DNA of 64,000 nucleotides, from NCBI GenBank assembly GCA_964016885.1, contig OZ024742.1:107570001-107634000 (forward strand), read 5' to 3'. Below are positions 40,356-54,718 of the stretch, in pieces (within the stretch, counting starts at the first letter, position 1; each line of letters opens with the position of its first letter). The position numbers and the translations under genes were made by a program. The notes under the pieces were generated by a model. The model was not told the DNA's origin, ran no database searches, and saw only the letters and a program-made list of their open reading frames with translations. Origin of the DNA: Eledone cirrhosa (taxonomy: Eukaryota).

Positions 40356-41339
40356 TTCTATATCTCTTTCTCATTTCCTCTCTCTCACTTTTTATCTTTC
40401 TCTGGAAGAAATCTGCTGGGCTCCGCCAGGCTTTAAATGCCTTCGACTCTCCCAGAAGTTAGGGGACCACACCATACAGGTACATCTGAACTCTCTACTT
40501 TTATATGACAACCCACAATAGGCATCATTCGTTAAATATATAGCATCAGTAGTAGCCTTGTAACAACTTGGCTCTATTGTAAATTTCATCTTCATCTTCA
40601 CATGAGCATCTTGGAGTACCTTATACAATGCATAATGTGTTTTAACCTTTCTCATTTACAGATATTTGACTGATAGAGAATATATAGAAGTTCTCTCCTT
40701 GTAAGCGTATATATAATTATATATATATATATATTACTCCGCTGCCACCAGTCTGTTTCGTTCTTTGTGTCTTTACCCTTTCTAGCAGTCTCTCTCTCTC
40801 TGTTAGCCTCTTCCTCACCTTTCACTCACTCACTCTCTGTCACTACCTCTCCTCCTCCCCTTTCTTCCCGTTTGACCTGTCCGTAATCCTTTTCTCGCGA
40901 GCACTTGGCCAAGCCGGTATGAATTTTTTTTCTCTCTCTCGTCTGCGACTTCACAGAACTTATGTTTACCGAATTCGCAGACCAGACCCCTTCTTCCTCC
41001 CGTTAGACCTGTGCGAAATTCCTTCCTTGCTCACATTTCAACCAGGTTTGATGGTCTTTATTCTCTCGTTCACGATTCCACCGAATTTATATTCATAGAA
41101 ATCTGGGACTTGTTTCTTCTACATCACTTTCTGCTGCTTAAACCATTTTGTTTGTTTACCCTAGCGTCCCCTTTATTTACGTGTCCCAACGACTTTTTTT
41201 AGCCGTTGCTCGCACCAACCTGAGGTATATGGCCTTTAATGCGACGAAATGCCTACGACGGTTGGAAGGCCACTGATGAGGACAAACCTTTTCATATGTA
41301 ACCCATTTGCAGCGCCGCAGCTCCATTATTATCATATTT

Positions 41340-41398
<59 letters not shown>

Positions 41399-41405
<7 letters not shown>

Positions 41406-41934
41406 ATACTTTGGGAGGGTCATGTTGCCAATAAGAAACACACGCACCAGTTGCTTTCACTTCAATTTATTATAATAAATTTATAAATTTCCGGTTGGTT
41501 GGTTGGTTTCACAACCAGATGGTTGTTTATATATTGTCAAAGTTCTTTCGTCACACATTCTGTGACCTCTTCAGTGACTGGGGGTTCTTTTCTTTGTTTT
41601 TTGTGCCTCTCCTTTGTTCTGTCCTACGCCATCTTGTTTTTTCTTTTGATGGCGTAGGACAGAACAAAAGAGAGGCACAAAAAACAAAGAAAAGAACCCC
41701 AGTCACTGAAGAGGTCACAGAATGTGTGACGAAAGAACTTTGAAAATATATAAACAACCATCTGGTTGTGGAACCAACCAACCAACCGGAAATTTATAAA
41801 TTTATCATAATAAATTGAAGTGAAAGCAACTGGTGCGTGTGTTTCTTATTGGCAACATGACCCTCCCAAAGTATAACAATATCGGTTTCAACACACGTTT
41901 TCAGATAAAGAATCTTGCTAAACAAATTCAGAAA

Positions 41935-41940
<6 letters not shown>
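41399..41940. mobile_element. Fold-back HHR element (family G), ~235-bp arms, 14-nt loop; other copies at 63455-64000 and a fragment at about 55855-55885
   Basis: 41399-41633 versus 41648-41882; (TA)n flanks. Confidence 0.92.
41536..41578 (-). ncRNA. Type I hammerhead ribozyme (family G); mirror at 41702-41744(+), homologue at 63674-63716(-)
   Basis: GTCA-CTGAAGA-G-GTCACA gaatg TGTGAC-GAAA-GAAC-TT-TGAC. Confidence 0.75.
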
Positions 41941-42016
<76 letters not shown>

Positions 42017-43789
42017 AGAGACTAAATCCCAAGCTAGGTTCTAGTATTAGTTGACTGTATTATTTCAATATTTTTCTCATCTGTCTGTTATCTGTCAAAC
42101 TCTATTAACAGCGTTATTTTGTGTTCTTGTTTGTGAAACCAGTAATGTGTCAATATAATCAGCTTATGTATGATTTTCTCCATGTATTTTAGATAAACAA
42201 TCGTTATTTTCTATGTTACAGACACTGAAACAATATTGTTCTCTTTTCTTTCCTCCTCACTACTTCTATCTAAGGCGGTGAAATGGCAGAGTAGTTAGAG
42301 GACTCAGATTAAACATGCCTCAGTATTTTTTGAGGCTGAAATTCAGCTGAGGTCAACGTTGCGTTTCATCCTTTCGAGGTCGATAAGTAAAATAACAGTC
42401 TCGTACTGGGGCCGAATTTCTCTCTTTCTGTCTCTCCCCTTCTCTCTCTGATTCTCCCTTCCCCTCTCTCTCTTTCTTTCTCTGGAAGAAATAGGCTGTG
42501 TTCAAACCTGTTAAAGGACAGGATCTACCAGTTTAAAAATGCCTAAGATTCCACCAGGAGTTATGGGCCATTTACCTTTACCGTTTCATTAACTCCCCTT
42601 CATTACTTCTCAATATTTTTCTTTTAATTTGCTTACCCCAAGCCATGAAATAAAACCACTAAAATACAAGGGATTATTGAGAAGGGAAAAGGACAAGACA
42701 GAGAGAACATAATTCAAGGGGAGTAAAGATGACGAAATGATGTTGCTGTTGAAGCTTTACAAATTGTAGTGTCTGGGAAAGCAAAAAGCCGGAAGAGACT
42801 TCCACACGTCGGATGTGCTAGGGAAGAAACTATCAGAATAGAATTTATTATTACATTTAGGAATTTCAACTGTAAACGGATAAGACCTAGCCGCAAATAT
42901 AGAACTACGTTTAAACTCATGAAGATGAGGCAACAGAAAGGAAAGCTCATCAGAAAAATACGTCCTTTTTCTGCCATTCTATATAAATATGACAGCGTTT
43001 GCTTTGGCTCATCAGCTAGTTATCGTTCGGTCCCACCTTTATACACTCACCACTTCTTTCTTTGTTTTCCCAGCGGCCATGTTTATTATCACCACACATG
43101 GCAGTCAGTCCAATCAGCTGAAACAAAAAATTGAGCTGACCTGTAATTGAAAGGTATAAACCTGTCGTATAGTGTGTCACTCTGAATCGAATACTCAGCC
43201 ACTTGCATGTTCACTTCACAAACAGTCTTCTCTGTTGATCGAATAAACTGAAGTATCAGTCGTCAGAGCCAATGGAGGTTCAACACGCAATGTTACCTCA
43301 GAAACCTATACAGAGCTACGAATGAAGGAGTGTGGCTCAGTGGTTAGGGTGTTCGACTCGCAATCATAAAAACGCGTGTTGCGTCCTTGAGCAAGACACT
43401 TACGTTCTTCCAGTCTTCAGAGATAGGTAAATGAAAAAAAAAAAAAAATAGAAATGAGTTGTACCTGTGTCACGCTGAATCTCCCTAAGGACTGCGTTCA
43501 GGTTATAAGTGTTTGTGAAATGTTCAACCACTTGCACGTTAATTACGGAAGCAGGTTGTCCTGTTGATAAAACAAACGAAACACTTGTCGGAACAGACGG
43601 AAACCCTACATCGCCACACGCACTCGCACATTCATACAGCTACTCGAATTTGAGAGACAGTGAAATTTAAAACAAAACTCTTTAGAATTTTTAAAATTTT
43701 ATTAGACACTCCAATGATCTAAATTCTAAAATTATTATTGTGGCATCACTTGTATTACCGAGTACACCTTTGTGTACCTTGGGTATCTG

Positions 43790-44375
43790 CTGTGTTGTTT
43801 GGTATTGTTTCTATTGTATTAAAATACTCTTCATAATATGTATGCAGTGCCTTGTAGTACTATTTTATGTGTGCTTCATATATTTGTAAGCCCTTGACCT
43901 TTGGTTATATATTTATTTCCAAAGGACCTATTATTATAGGTATTGCTTCTCTTCTCATCCATCATCCACATTCAGATTATTTCGATCTCTAGATCTATCT
44001 CTGAATAATTTTTCTACTTTCTTTGTAGATATCTTTGCATATATTTTGCAGTCTTTCAGTATTTATGGGGGACACTGTCAAACGCCGTCTGGTAGTCAGT
44101 CCATGTCATGCTGATGCTTTTTAAAAATCTTTTCCTACAGTTTTGGGTTATGGCTTTATTAATTAGCATCAGATCTTTACAGCCATGCGAGCCTTTGCAT
44201 CATCCTTTCTGTTCTTCTGGAATCAGGTTGTTATTCTCCAGCTGTTTGAGCAGTTTCTGCGATACGATTGCAGTTAAAGTGTTGTATAAAGGAGGAAGTA
44301 GGAAGTCATGTTATGGGCCTATAATATTTTTGGTTTGTTTTGTCCTTATTCTTGGAGATCAGGGTGGTTTTGCCT
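43790..44375 (-). pseudogene. Decayed R4-type RT fragment
   Basis: YRPIT..NNNLIPEEQKG..GCKDLMLINKAI..WTDYQTAFDSVPH. Confidence 0.75.
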
Positions 44376-44390
44376 TAGTGAGCCAGTCAG

Positions 44391-44486
44391 TTCTTCTTCT
44401 TCTTCTTCTTCTTCTTCTTCTTCTTCTTCTTCTTCTTCTTCTTCTTCTTCTTCTTCTTCTTCTTCTTCTTCTTCTTCTTCTTCTTC
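44391..44486. repeat. (TTC)n microsatellite
   Basis: Direct reading. Confidence 0.97.
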
Positions 44487-45343
44487 TATCTCCTGTTGTT
44501 TTTGCTGTTGTTGTTGCTGTTGTGGCTGCTGTTGTTTTGTTGTTGCTAAATAAATTACCATTAAAATACTGGGGTCGATTTAATCAACTTTTGTGCCTCT
44601 CCCAAAATTGCTGGCCTTGTGCTTCAATTATAATTCATTATATCATTCGATATTATGAGGTCAGTAGATTGGCAGAATCGTTGGAGTGTTGGACAAAATA
44701 CTTTGTAGTATTTATTTACCGCCTTTTACGTTGTGAGTTCAAATCCCGCAGAGGTAAACTTTGCCTTTCATCCTTCTGGGTCGATGAAGTTTATTACCAG
44801 TGAAACAATTGTTTCTACTTTTGGCACAAGGCCAGCAATTATCCCAGTGTATTACTGGTACTTTATTTTATCGACCCCGTAAGGATGACAGGCAAAGTTA
44901 ACCTCGGCGGGATTTGAACTCAGAACATAAAGGGACGTAACTTTATGCTGCGAAGCAGGCTGACCGACGCTCTACCGATTCTGCCAGTCCACCAGTGAAA
45001 TAATGGTGTCAATTTAATCGTCTTTCCCTTCTCCTACAATTGCAGGCCTTGTTACTGAATTAGAAATCATCCTATTTCATATTTACTGTAAATATTTATT
45101 AAATTAAATTATTCTAATTTAATACAATGATGATTCTTTACATCTACTTTAAAATAATAAACAACATGACTTAATTATTCATTAATATTTCTCGTATTGT
45201 TGATTTCACTATATTACATAAAATAATATACAATACAATATATTTGATAAGTGTTTTGTAAATTAATATACAGTTCTGTAAAGAATAATAAATTTTGAGA
45301 AAAACAATTTTGTTTAATAATTTTTAGAAGCTTTTTACTGTTT

Positions 45344-45403
<60 letters not shown>

Positions 45404-45490
45404 CGAGGGAAAAGTGGTAAGGAACCAGGTGGACCATAACGCACCAAAGTACTCAATACTTAGGGTAGTAGAGTGGGTAATAGGAGTAAG

Positions 45491-45535
<45 letters not shown>

Positions 45536-45624
45536 TATGATATATATATATATTTATGATGATGTTTATGATGATATATATATATATTTATGATGATGAT
45601 GATGATATGAATATATATATATAT

Positions 45625-46830
45625 ATCATCATCCTTTAACCTCCTTTTTCCACCGTAGCATGGGTTAGATGAGTTCTCCCGTTGTAAGACAAGCCAGATC
45701 AGGTGACCGTGTCTTGCTTATACATAACTGTTTCTGACTTGATTTCTACGGCTGGATGCCCTCCCTAACGCCAACCACATTCACAGTCTGCTTTTTATCG
45801 TGACACATACACGACCACTTTACACTGTGGACTGGGCGATTTTTGTTGTGACACCTACACGACTACTTTACAATGTGGACTGGGCGCTTGTTGCCCTGGA
45901 GAAAGCTTTTTGTTGTGACACCTAAATGTTCCATTATCTGGTAGGCTCTTAGAAAGCTAGGAGTAGATGAGTGGCCTGTGATGGCAGTATAAGCTATGCA
46001 TAGAGGAGCAGTCAGCAAGGTATGAATTAATAATGACTATAGTGAAGAATTTAGTGTGAAGGTATGGCTCCGTTCTTAGCCCTCTCCTGTTTATTATTGT
46101 CCTGCAGTCTATAACAGAAGAGTTTAAGACTAGTTGCCCATGGGAGCTCTTGTATGCTGATGATCTAGCCCTTATAGCTGAATCAAAAGGTCTTAAAGTC
46201 AACTTGGCAAAGACCAAGGTCCTAGCATGTAGAAAGGAAAGCAGAGCCAGACTCCCTCAGGGTTTACCTTCAGCTAGGTACTTCTTCTGCAATTGCCTTA
46301 CAAGGAAGATGGCATGAGTGGTACTTTTACTTGACACAAATCCAAACTGCATCTCATCTAGGTTAACTCAGTCGCTGACCAGCTGTGCTATAACTCTTTC
46401 TGTGACCTTCATAACCTGGTCAATTGACTTAATGCCTCTACAGTTTTTCTCTGTCAAGGCCATCTCCTTTGCACTTGAAGCAGTTGACGATGATGCTGTT
46501 ACGTCAGTCATTGGGTATGGCACCATTTTGTATTACTTGGTTTAAAATAGGGTGCTTAAGGTGTGACCCACCATCCCAGTTGCTTTCAGCATCTCGACGA
46601 CAATCCCCGAAAGTCCAGCTGCCCTGCCTGTCTTCATATCTTAGATTACTTTCGTCACTCTATTGAGTTTACTTGGAGAAAACTATCTTCTTCCCATGCA
46701 TTTTCCTCATTCAGCAGTCTTTCATAATGGCACTTCCATGCTACGTTCTTTTCAGTATCAGTGAAGGCAAATACACCATTACACTTCTCTCCGCCTACAT
46801 CACAATTTTCCCTGACACACTGTAAATTGA
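45625..46830. mobile_element. Rearranged RTE-like LINE remnant with RT pieces in opposite orientations
   Basis: Plus 45960-46260: SVLSPLLFIIVL..PWELLYADDL; minus 46260-46800: WKCHYERLLNEEN..DEMQFGFV..STTHAIFLVRQLQ. Confidence 0.8.
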
Positions 46831-48187
46831 AAAAAAAAGTGATAAATATGTAGTTCAGCGTTTTCCCAACCCATCGAGACTTCATCAAAAATATATATGA
46901 CTTTAATTCATTCAGTCTAGTTATTTACTCGACCTGCTAGAAATAGTAACCACATCTACTTCAGACTACATTCTATCCTCTTAAGCAAGGAACTATGGGA
47001 TAATGTAAACTGGAGTAGACCAGTGATTAGTGTCTGACTATTAATCTTTCTAAATCTTTTGTTATCATATATCCAGAAGAACAAAATATAGTATAGAAGC
47101 TAAGATATAGGAAGAAGATGGAGGAAAAGATCGCAAGATCGGACCAAGGAAGCCAGCTTTCCATTGCTGATACTATCTGCTGTTTGCAATTCTTGACAGA
47201 AGCAACGAGAACAAAAGCAATTCAATGACGAACACTATAAGGCCACCCGTGAATCGCACCCATGATCTTGAGTCCAAAACCCTAGCCACCAGACCTTATA
47301 TCTTCATATTTAAAGACAAGTGTTGAAATTACAGGTATACTCAGCCAAAGCTGATGATATTAATCTTATTTAGTATTTAAATCACACGTTCACATTAACT
47401 GCCGTCTTTCTGTAATGAAAAACTATGGCACTACAGACTATATAAATGTATATATAAAATAATTGTTTCTACTTTAGGCACAAGGCCAGCAATTACCCCA
47501 GTGCATTACTGGTACTTTATTTTATCGACCCCGTAAGGATGAAAGGCAAAGTCAACCTCGGCGGGATTTGAACTTAGATCGTAAAGGGACGTAACTATGC
47601 TGGAAAGCATGGCGTCCGACCCTCTACCAATACTGCCAATCCACCGCCCTTATATATAAAATAATAATGTATATATAAAATAATAAAGAAATGTTAAGAC
47701 ATGTGGTGTACTGGAAAGGATCTCAGTCGATTTTGATGATGCGTGTTCCAGTTGTTCGATCAACGGAACAAATGGCTCATTAAATTAACATTAAATTAAC
47801 TGTGGAATGAGTATTCCACAGACACGTGCGGGTATATCATCGACATAATTCTCTGGGAAGTTCAGTATGACAATTAGTGTGACAAGGTTGGCTCTTTGAA
47901 TTACAGGTACAGTCCATCTGACGGGCTTCCAAACTGGATAGACCCAAGGCTATTGGCACAATCCCAAGATGCCAGGCAGTGGCATCGAACCCGGGAATCA
48001 GTGGGAAGTGAACTGTTTAACCATTCGATGACACCCCGTCCATCGCAGGTACACATAGCCAAAGGTGATTGTGGGTTTAAATTACATCTTAACATTAACT
48101 GAAGTCTTTCTGTATTTATCAATGTTTTCTCTAGAATATGTACATTAAATATAAAAATGTGTATTAAATATATATATGTATATTAAA

Positions 48188-48979
48188 TCTTTATATATAA
48201 ATGGCAATTTTTGTCTATTTGTTTGTGAACCTAAAACTCAAAAACTACCAAACTGATCTTGATGAAACTTGACACATGTGTGGGGTTCATTCCCATTTGA
48301 TTTCTTACGTATATTTCATTTTAATCAAAGGGTTCCCTGGGGGTTGAAACCCCCGCTGAGAACCCCCGCTTAATTTTTTCCCTTCGATTTATATGAAATT
48401 TAAACCATAGATATATGACAAGATTCACAAAATTTCAGCAAATTTCAATAATATTAAGACCTCCTATAATGAACATTTTGGCCAATAAATGGAACAAGAT
48501 TTCACGAACTCCTCCTATGGTTTTGGAGATAGACCCCCATAACCATATATATTCTGAAACTACATTGCCCAGGGTACTTGGATAAGTATATTTCATTTTA
48601 ATCAAAGGGTTCCCTGGGGGCACAAAATCCCGCTGAAAACCCCCGCTGAAAATTTTTTCTCTTCGATTTATATGAAATTTAAACCATAGGTAAATGACAA
48701 GATATGATGCCTATTCACAAAATTTTAGCAATGAAATCCCCTAATGGGGGTTCTATTTTTTTCATTATAGAAAGACTCAACTTCTCTGACAAACATTTTT
48801 TCGCCTGACCAATGCAATCAACAATATTTGTTTGTATTATTATTTCGTAAATGAATTTGTCTTCGCTTTTGATTATCTGTCCTATATTTTGATTTCATTT
48901 TTGGTCTGAGAGGCATTGAGCATTTTAATGGGAACTGAGAATACATCCGCTCCCGTGTATTACCGGGTACCTCAGCTAG
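48188..48979 (+). mobile_element. Non-autonomous Helitron
   Basis: A|TC 5' end; 3' hairpin CCCG tgtattac CGGG then CTAG|T; internal duplication about 48310-48440 / 48587-48730. Confidence 0.8.
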
Positions 48980-49200
48980 TATATATATATATATTAAGTA
49001 TATATTTTATATTCATGTAATATTTACGTCATCTGCGTAGACATAATAAATATACTCTGTTGTTGTATAATCATACTATATATCCACACACACACCCAGG
49101 TACACACACACACAGGCGCACAGGCACACACACACACACATACTCATTCCTCTGAGCATATGTGGTAGCGTATTTGTTTGCATGGCTGTATGAATAAATA

Positions 49201-49248
<48 letters not shown>

Positions 49249-49254
49249 TATATA

Positions 49255-49402
49255 TTATATTGTTTATGTTCATACACGGAACAAAAGTGCTACCTAAGGT
49301 GTCATGGTCCAATTATGACCATCTCCCCTGATTGTAAGAACGAACAAACATTCGTTACCTTAGGTAGCACTTTTGTTCAGTGTATGAACATAAATAATAT
49401 AT
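49255..49402. repeat. Inverted repeat, ~45-bp arms
   Basis: TTTATGTTCATACAC..GTGCTACCTAAG versus CTTAGGTAGCAC..GTGTATGAACATAAA. Confidence 0.85.
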
Positions 49403-49477
49403 ATCACCTCTCTTCCCAGATTGAACACTGTTTTCCTTTTTCACATCCACCAATCTTTTAGCGCGCGCGCGCACACG

Positions 49478-49594
<117 letters not shown>

Positions 49595-49924
49595 CCACAC
49601 CCACGCACACCCACACACACCCACCCACCCACCCACCCACCCACCCACACCCACACCCACACACACCCACACACCCACCCACATACATACACACCCACAC
49701 ACACCCACCCACACACACATGCACACACACACACACACACGCGCACACATACACACATACGTGCACACACACATACACACACATATATATAATACGTTTT
49801 GAAATCACTCTGTGTATGTGCCTGCCTGCGTGTGTGTGTATGTGTCTGACCATGTGTGTGTGGTGTGTGTGTATGTGTGTGTGTGTGTGTGATCTACTCC
49901 TTAATTTGTAAGATCAAACTGAAA

Positions 49925-50000
49925 GGGCAAGCGGTTCAGTTGATTAGAACGTTGAGGTAATAAAGTAAATCTCGTGCGTTCGAGTCTGGCTCATGGCGAA
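49925..50000 (+). pseudogene. Degenerate tRNA-like sequence (Ile-AAT-like pseudogene or SINE head)
   Basis: GGTTCAGTTGATTAGAACG..TAATAA..GTTCGAGTC; stems broken. Confidence 0.35.
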
Positions 50001-50391
50001 ATTTATTTACTCTTTTCGTATTATTTCTTTGTTATCTACTCTATACTAGATGGCACCAGTGGCGTAACTAGCTGTTAAAGCCAGGGGGTGCAAATTCGAT
50101 CTAAAGGGGGCCCACCAATTCCATACGCTCATTTCCATCGGCTGCAAGGATATATGTTCATACACGCATATAGAATAGATAATAATTTATAATAGAGTAG
50201 ACAGCATCATAGATTACAGAGTTAGCATGTTCTGTGAACACTTTATTAACTGCGAAGACGGTGGTCTATGTTCAGAAAAAAAACATCAAATAAAACTAGT
50301 TTTGCAATCGATTATTCACCAACAAAAATTCGTATGTACATCAAATCGTCCATCTAAAACTTTACTTTCACATTCGAGCACATCACTTGTT

Positions 50392-52620
50392 CTACAGTTC
50401 TAATTTGCGATGTTTTACTTTAGAAAATTTTTCAATCACGATGCTGAAGTCAATTTTTTCAGCCAGTTCTCGCTCTATGTACATCATTGCCAGAGCATTC
50501 AACCGCTCTTTACTCATGGTACTACGCAAATAATTCTTTATCAGTTTGAGCCTGCTGAAGGTTCGCTCAGCCTGCGCCGAGCTAACCGGAATAGTTATGA
50601 ACATTTTGTATAAGGCAAACACGTTCGGATAGGCTCTATCTAAGTCATTAGAAATCATAACCGGAACGATCTCAGAACTCGATATGGATTTATCTAAACA
50701 CACTTGCTTGTAAAAATCTTTGAATGATAAATACTCGTCGAAGATAGTGTCATTTTCGATGTCACCCTCGTAGAATTTCACAAGATTATCGATTCTCTCT
50801 CTATTGCATGTGTCGTCGTCGTCGTCGAAGTGCGCCGGTATCAAGCACGAAAAATCCTTCACTAGATCGTGCAAGTCGGCAAAACGTTCGTTAAAGCTAC
50901 TAATGATTCTATCTAAGATAGTGAAATAAACGTCCCGTTTAAAATGCTGACTCATCGTCTCATGAGGTTCGTCACTGGCATTTTCGTCATGAAAACGCTT
51001 CTTTTTTCTTTTCCGTTTTTCTGTTGTAAACTCTGGTTCAACTTGACATTGCTCGGCGAGATTTTTAGCGTCTGATAATGTTCGGTCAAAATATTCATTT
51101 GAGCGGATGTCTTCAATTTCTTTTACTACATTTGTTAATCATGACGTCCGCGGAATATAAATCGATAGCCTCCTTCTGCAAATATTGGGAAACAGAATGC
51201 AGCTTTTTAAGTAAATTCTGAAAAAACTTCAACATGAAAATGAATTCAAACTTGCTCACATTTAGTAGCAAACCTATGGCCTCGGTTAATACTTTCGGAG
51301 CAGTGTTGTGAACATCCCCACTTATTATCGTCTCTAGTGCACTTATTACTGTCGGTAAGTTGTTAATGGTAGCCTCTACAGCCTGAATGTGACTAAACCA
51401 GCGCGTATCTGAGAGTCTTTTTAATGTTAATACCGTTGAAGTCAATAGTTTTTCTTGTTTTTTTTTGAGGATTTTCAGCCTTGGCAAGCTTGATGTTAAG
51501 AAAACATACAGGCTCTCCAATATACCAAAATATAATTTACCATCCACTGACGATTGGCTAGCATCGATTAACACCAGGTTCAGGTTATGAGCGCAACAAT
51601 GGACGTAAACAGCTTTCGAAGAGCATTCCTCTTTAACTCTAGCCTGAAGCCCAGAAATATGGCCGGACATATTCGACGCTCCGTCGTAAGCTTGTCCCCT
51701 AATATATTGAGCATCCAAGGATAGATCCTGGAAAAGAACTTTCACAAGCGTATCGTAAAATGATTCAGTGGCTGCTGATTCTAGTTCACAAAACGACAGG
51801 AAATGCTCCTGTGCGTGGCCACTTTTCGATACATATCGCAGTGACACAGAGCATTGATCCTGATGCGAAATGTCTATTGTGGAATCGACGATGACTGAAT
51901 AGTATTTTGCCGCTTTCACTTCCGTGATTATTTGTTGAGTACATTCGTATGCCAGGCATTCTATGAATTCGTTTTGTAATTTTGGATTTAAGTATATAGG
52001 CTGTCTTTTAGTGCGCCCAGGCGAGAATAAATGGCTTTCCAAGATCGTATCATATTTGGCCATCAATTTCAACAATTCAATAAAGTTTCCTTCATTTTCT
52101 GATTTGGCGCCAAGTCCAGCATATTCCCTGTGACCTCTGAAGGCCAGGCCTTGTTTTGCGAGAAATAACGTACAATCAAGCAATCGCCTCAATATCTGGC
52201 GATTTCGTTCAATTCGCTTCATATCTTCATGGATGAGGTTATCGATTACTGTTTTATCTGCGTCCAAACGATATTTTGTCATGAAGTATTGCTTTTGTGC
52301 ATTGATGTGAATGGCACTTTTCTCATGCTTGGCAATTTTTTCGATTCCTTTTTGAAGTTTGCCATCCCACACTCTGGATTACCCCAAGTCTTCGAGTAAG
52401 ATTCGGCATTTTTATCAGCAAACAGCCAACAACAAAAGCAATATAGTCTGTTGGATTCAGGAGAGTATACTAACTAGTGTCGGTCAACTTTATGGATTCC
52501 AGCACACTTTCTCTTGTACCAACTGATGTTGAATTTTCTGTGGTTCGAGTCGAGAGGAAAATCAGCAAAATTATCTTTCAATCCTGGCTGACAAGGACCA
52601 ACGGCCATGAGGGCGCGAAT
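50392..52620 (-). pseudogene. hAT transposase, disrupted
   Basis: LYCFCC, LAFRGH, GNF, IVDSTIDISH.DQ, AYDGASNMSG, VHCCAHNLNL, TRW, IPVSSAQAERTFSRLKLIKNYLRSTM; breaks near 52474, 52375 and 51120. Confidence 0.92.
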
Positions 52621-52974
52621 TACAAAACATAGAGCAAAAGTCCAGGAAATGTCGAAAAACAAAACATAGAGCAAAAGTCCAGGAAATGTTGCAAATACCA
52701 AATTGTTCTAAAATGTGACTAATGATAAAAAGTAACGACAAATAAAAATATTATATATATTTTTTCTATATATACACACAATATATAGATATATATATTT
52801 GTGTGTATATACTCATGCATAATTATACTTTTAATTAAATATTAGGTTAAAAACCTGAGTATCGAGAATATCATAAGCATGTATTACAACATTTCAAACA
52901 AATAGAATAATATAGAATTTAGATATCAAATCATTTATTTATATTTACAAATCAAAGATTATAATAATCGGTTT

Positions 52975-53220
52975 TTAATGAGATCCCTGTGATTGATGCA
53001 AGGCTACTAATTTGTTAACGTTTGGTGTGAAAGCCGTTAGAGAGAGTCGTAAATCACCTCTTCTTTCTATATCAAGAGGATTTTGACTTTTTGAAAGCAG
53101 ATGCATCACCTGACAGAAACCTGATTCAACTAAATAAGATGTGGGGAAAGCAAGTAAAAAAAATTTAACGTTTTTATTCGACGGAATATTATCTACACTT
53201 TTTTTAGATGCAGTTGCCAT
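52975..53220 (-). pseudogene. C-terminal fragment of a Charlie/Buster-type hAT transposase inside the Tip100-like element
   Basis: FPTSYLVESGF..LLSK..LDI..RGDLRL.LT..PN..KL..HQ.QGSH*. Confidence 0.75.
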
Positions 53221-54718
53221 TTTATCCGAAATATTATATTTTTTAAATAAACAAGAGATTGGTCTTAACTTCTAGTCTTATTAGAGATTAAGCGTTTTCT
53301 TTACGTTGTTGTAGTTAAGGATTCGTAATTACATGTGTAATGAGTTATGTGTTTAGAATTATAGCCTAGGGGGCCCACCTAGACCGACAGGAAAGCCAGC
53401 CCCCCCCCGTTAGTTGCGCCACTGGATGGCACCTGCCATAGGTGCGATGCAGTGGAAGTGAATCTGAAACCACGTGGTTACAAAGCAAACTCCTTAACCA
53501 TACAGATATACTTGCGTCTATATTGAACTTGGATCCTTGGATTTAAAGTCCAGTGTAGCTAACCAGTGCACTGTATGGCTATATGTTTGTACTTCATATT
53601 ATGAACTAGTGTCGTCAATAATGACGGTAACAGCGGTGAATATATGTAAATTTGTAGACCACAATTGGTATCTCAAATATACCAGGATTAATAGATGTAT
53701 GATCTGTCACAAACTATGAAATTTGCCTTTTGATAAATTAATGGTTTGCATAAGAGAAATCTTATAGTGTATGTTAATTACTAAAGTTGGAAGTGATAAA
53801 ATATGGTTTCTGCTTTAGGCACAAGGCCAGTAATTTTTGGAAAAGAGAAAGTCAATTAAATCGACCATAGTATATTACTGTTACTTTTATCGACTCTGTA
53901 AGGATGGAAGGCATAACTTCGGCGGAATTTGAACTGTCACAAACAGTGACGTAGAGTTACAGCACGTAAAAGGATGTAATACTACGCCGCTAAGTATGTT
54001 GTCCGACGCTCTACAGCCAGTCCACCACCCTCTGGAAGTGATAAAATATGAGAATATTTCACTAATATATTTCTTGGATATAATTACATAAACGTTTAGC
54101 ATATATGCACAAATGACAGAGGATTAAATGTATGAGTAACTTTGCAGAAATAATTGCAGGGACAAATGAAGGGTTAGAACAAAGAATCATACGAATGGAA
54201 AGCAAACTTCTTATTGTAGCAGGACGACTGAGATAGAAAATGTATTGTATGTATGTGAGAATGTGCGTGTATGTTTGTGTGTATTTATTTTAAAGAGATA
54301 AAGACAAATATATATATATAAATGAATATACAAACGTAGATGGCGTATTATTATGGTTGATATTTGCCATGACTTATATTGACAGACAATTAATACACTC
54401 CTGAATTAAATGTCAATTTGCTTTCAATTTAATCCAATCCTAAGCTCTAATCTGATTAATCACCTATTTCTCGAATATATATAATATATATAATTTCAAA
54501 TATATATATATATATATATATATGCACCCTCACACACTAATTTACCAGTAGAACATTCTATCAATAATGTATATAATCCCCCGAAAAGGACAACCAGGTC
54601 GTGTCAGGGCAGAAATTGCTGGGTGTTGTATTTTTCTTCTGATTACAAAATTGCCTTCTGAAAATGTCTTTAATGTCTAGATTCGTTTGTTTAACTCTCA
54701 ACGTACTGTCCCACATAA

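Larger units (their letters stand above)
50057..53424 (-). mobile_element. hAT DNA transposon (Tip100/ZMYM1-like) with both TIRs and 8-bp TSD
   Basis: TIR CAGTGGCGTAACTA / TAGTTGCGCCACTG; TSD GATGGCAC at 50049-50056 and 53425-53432. Confidence 0.95.

Noticed and set aside
40392-40655. 87-aa minus-strand ORF with protein-like composition
   Set aside because: No motif recognised, runs into repeat-derived sequence, no splice support.
41262-41295. CTGATGA-GG acaaa CC as a hammerhead
   Set aside because: No following GAAA or stem III; at most a truncated half.
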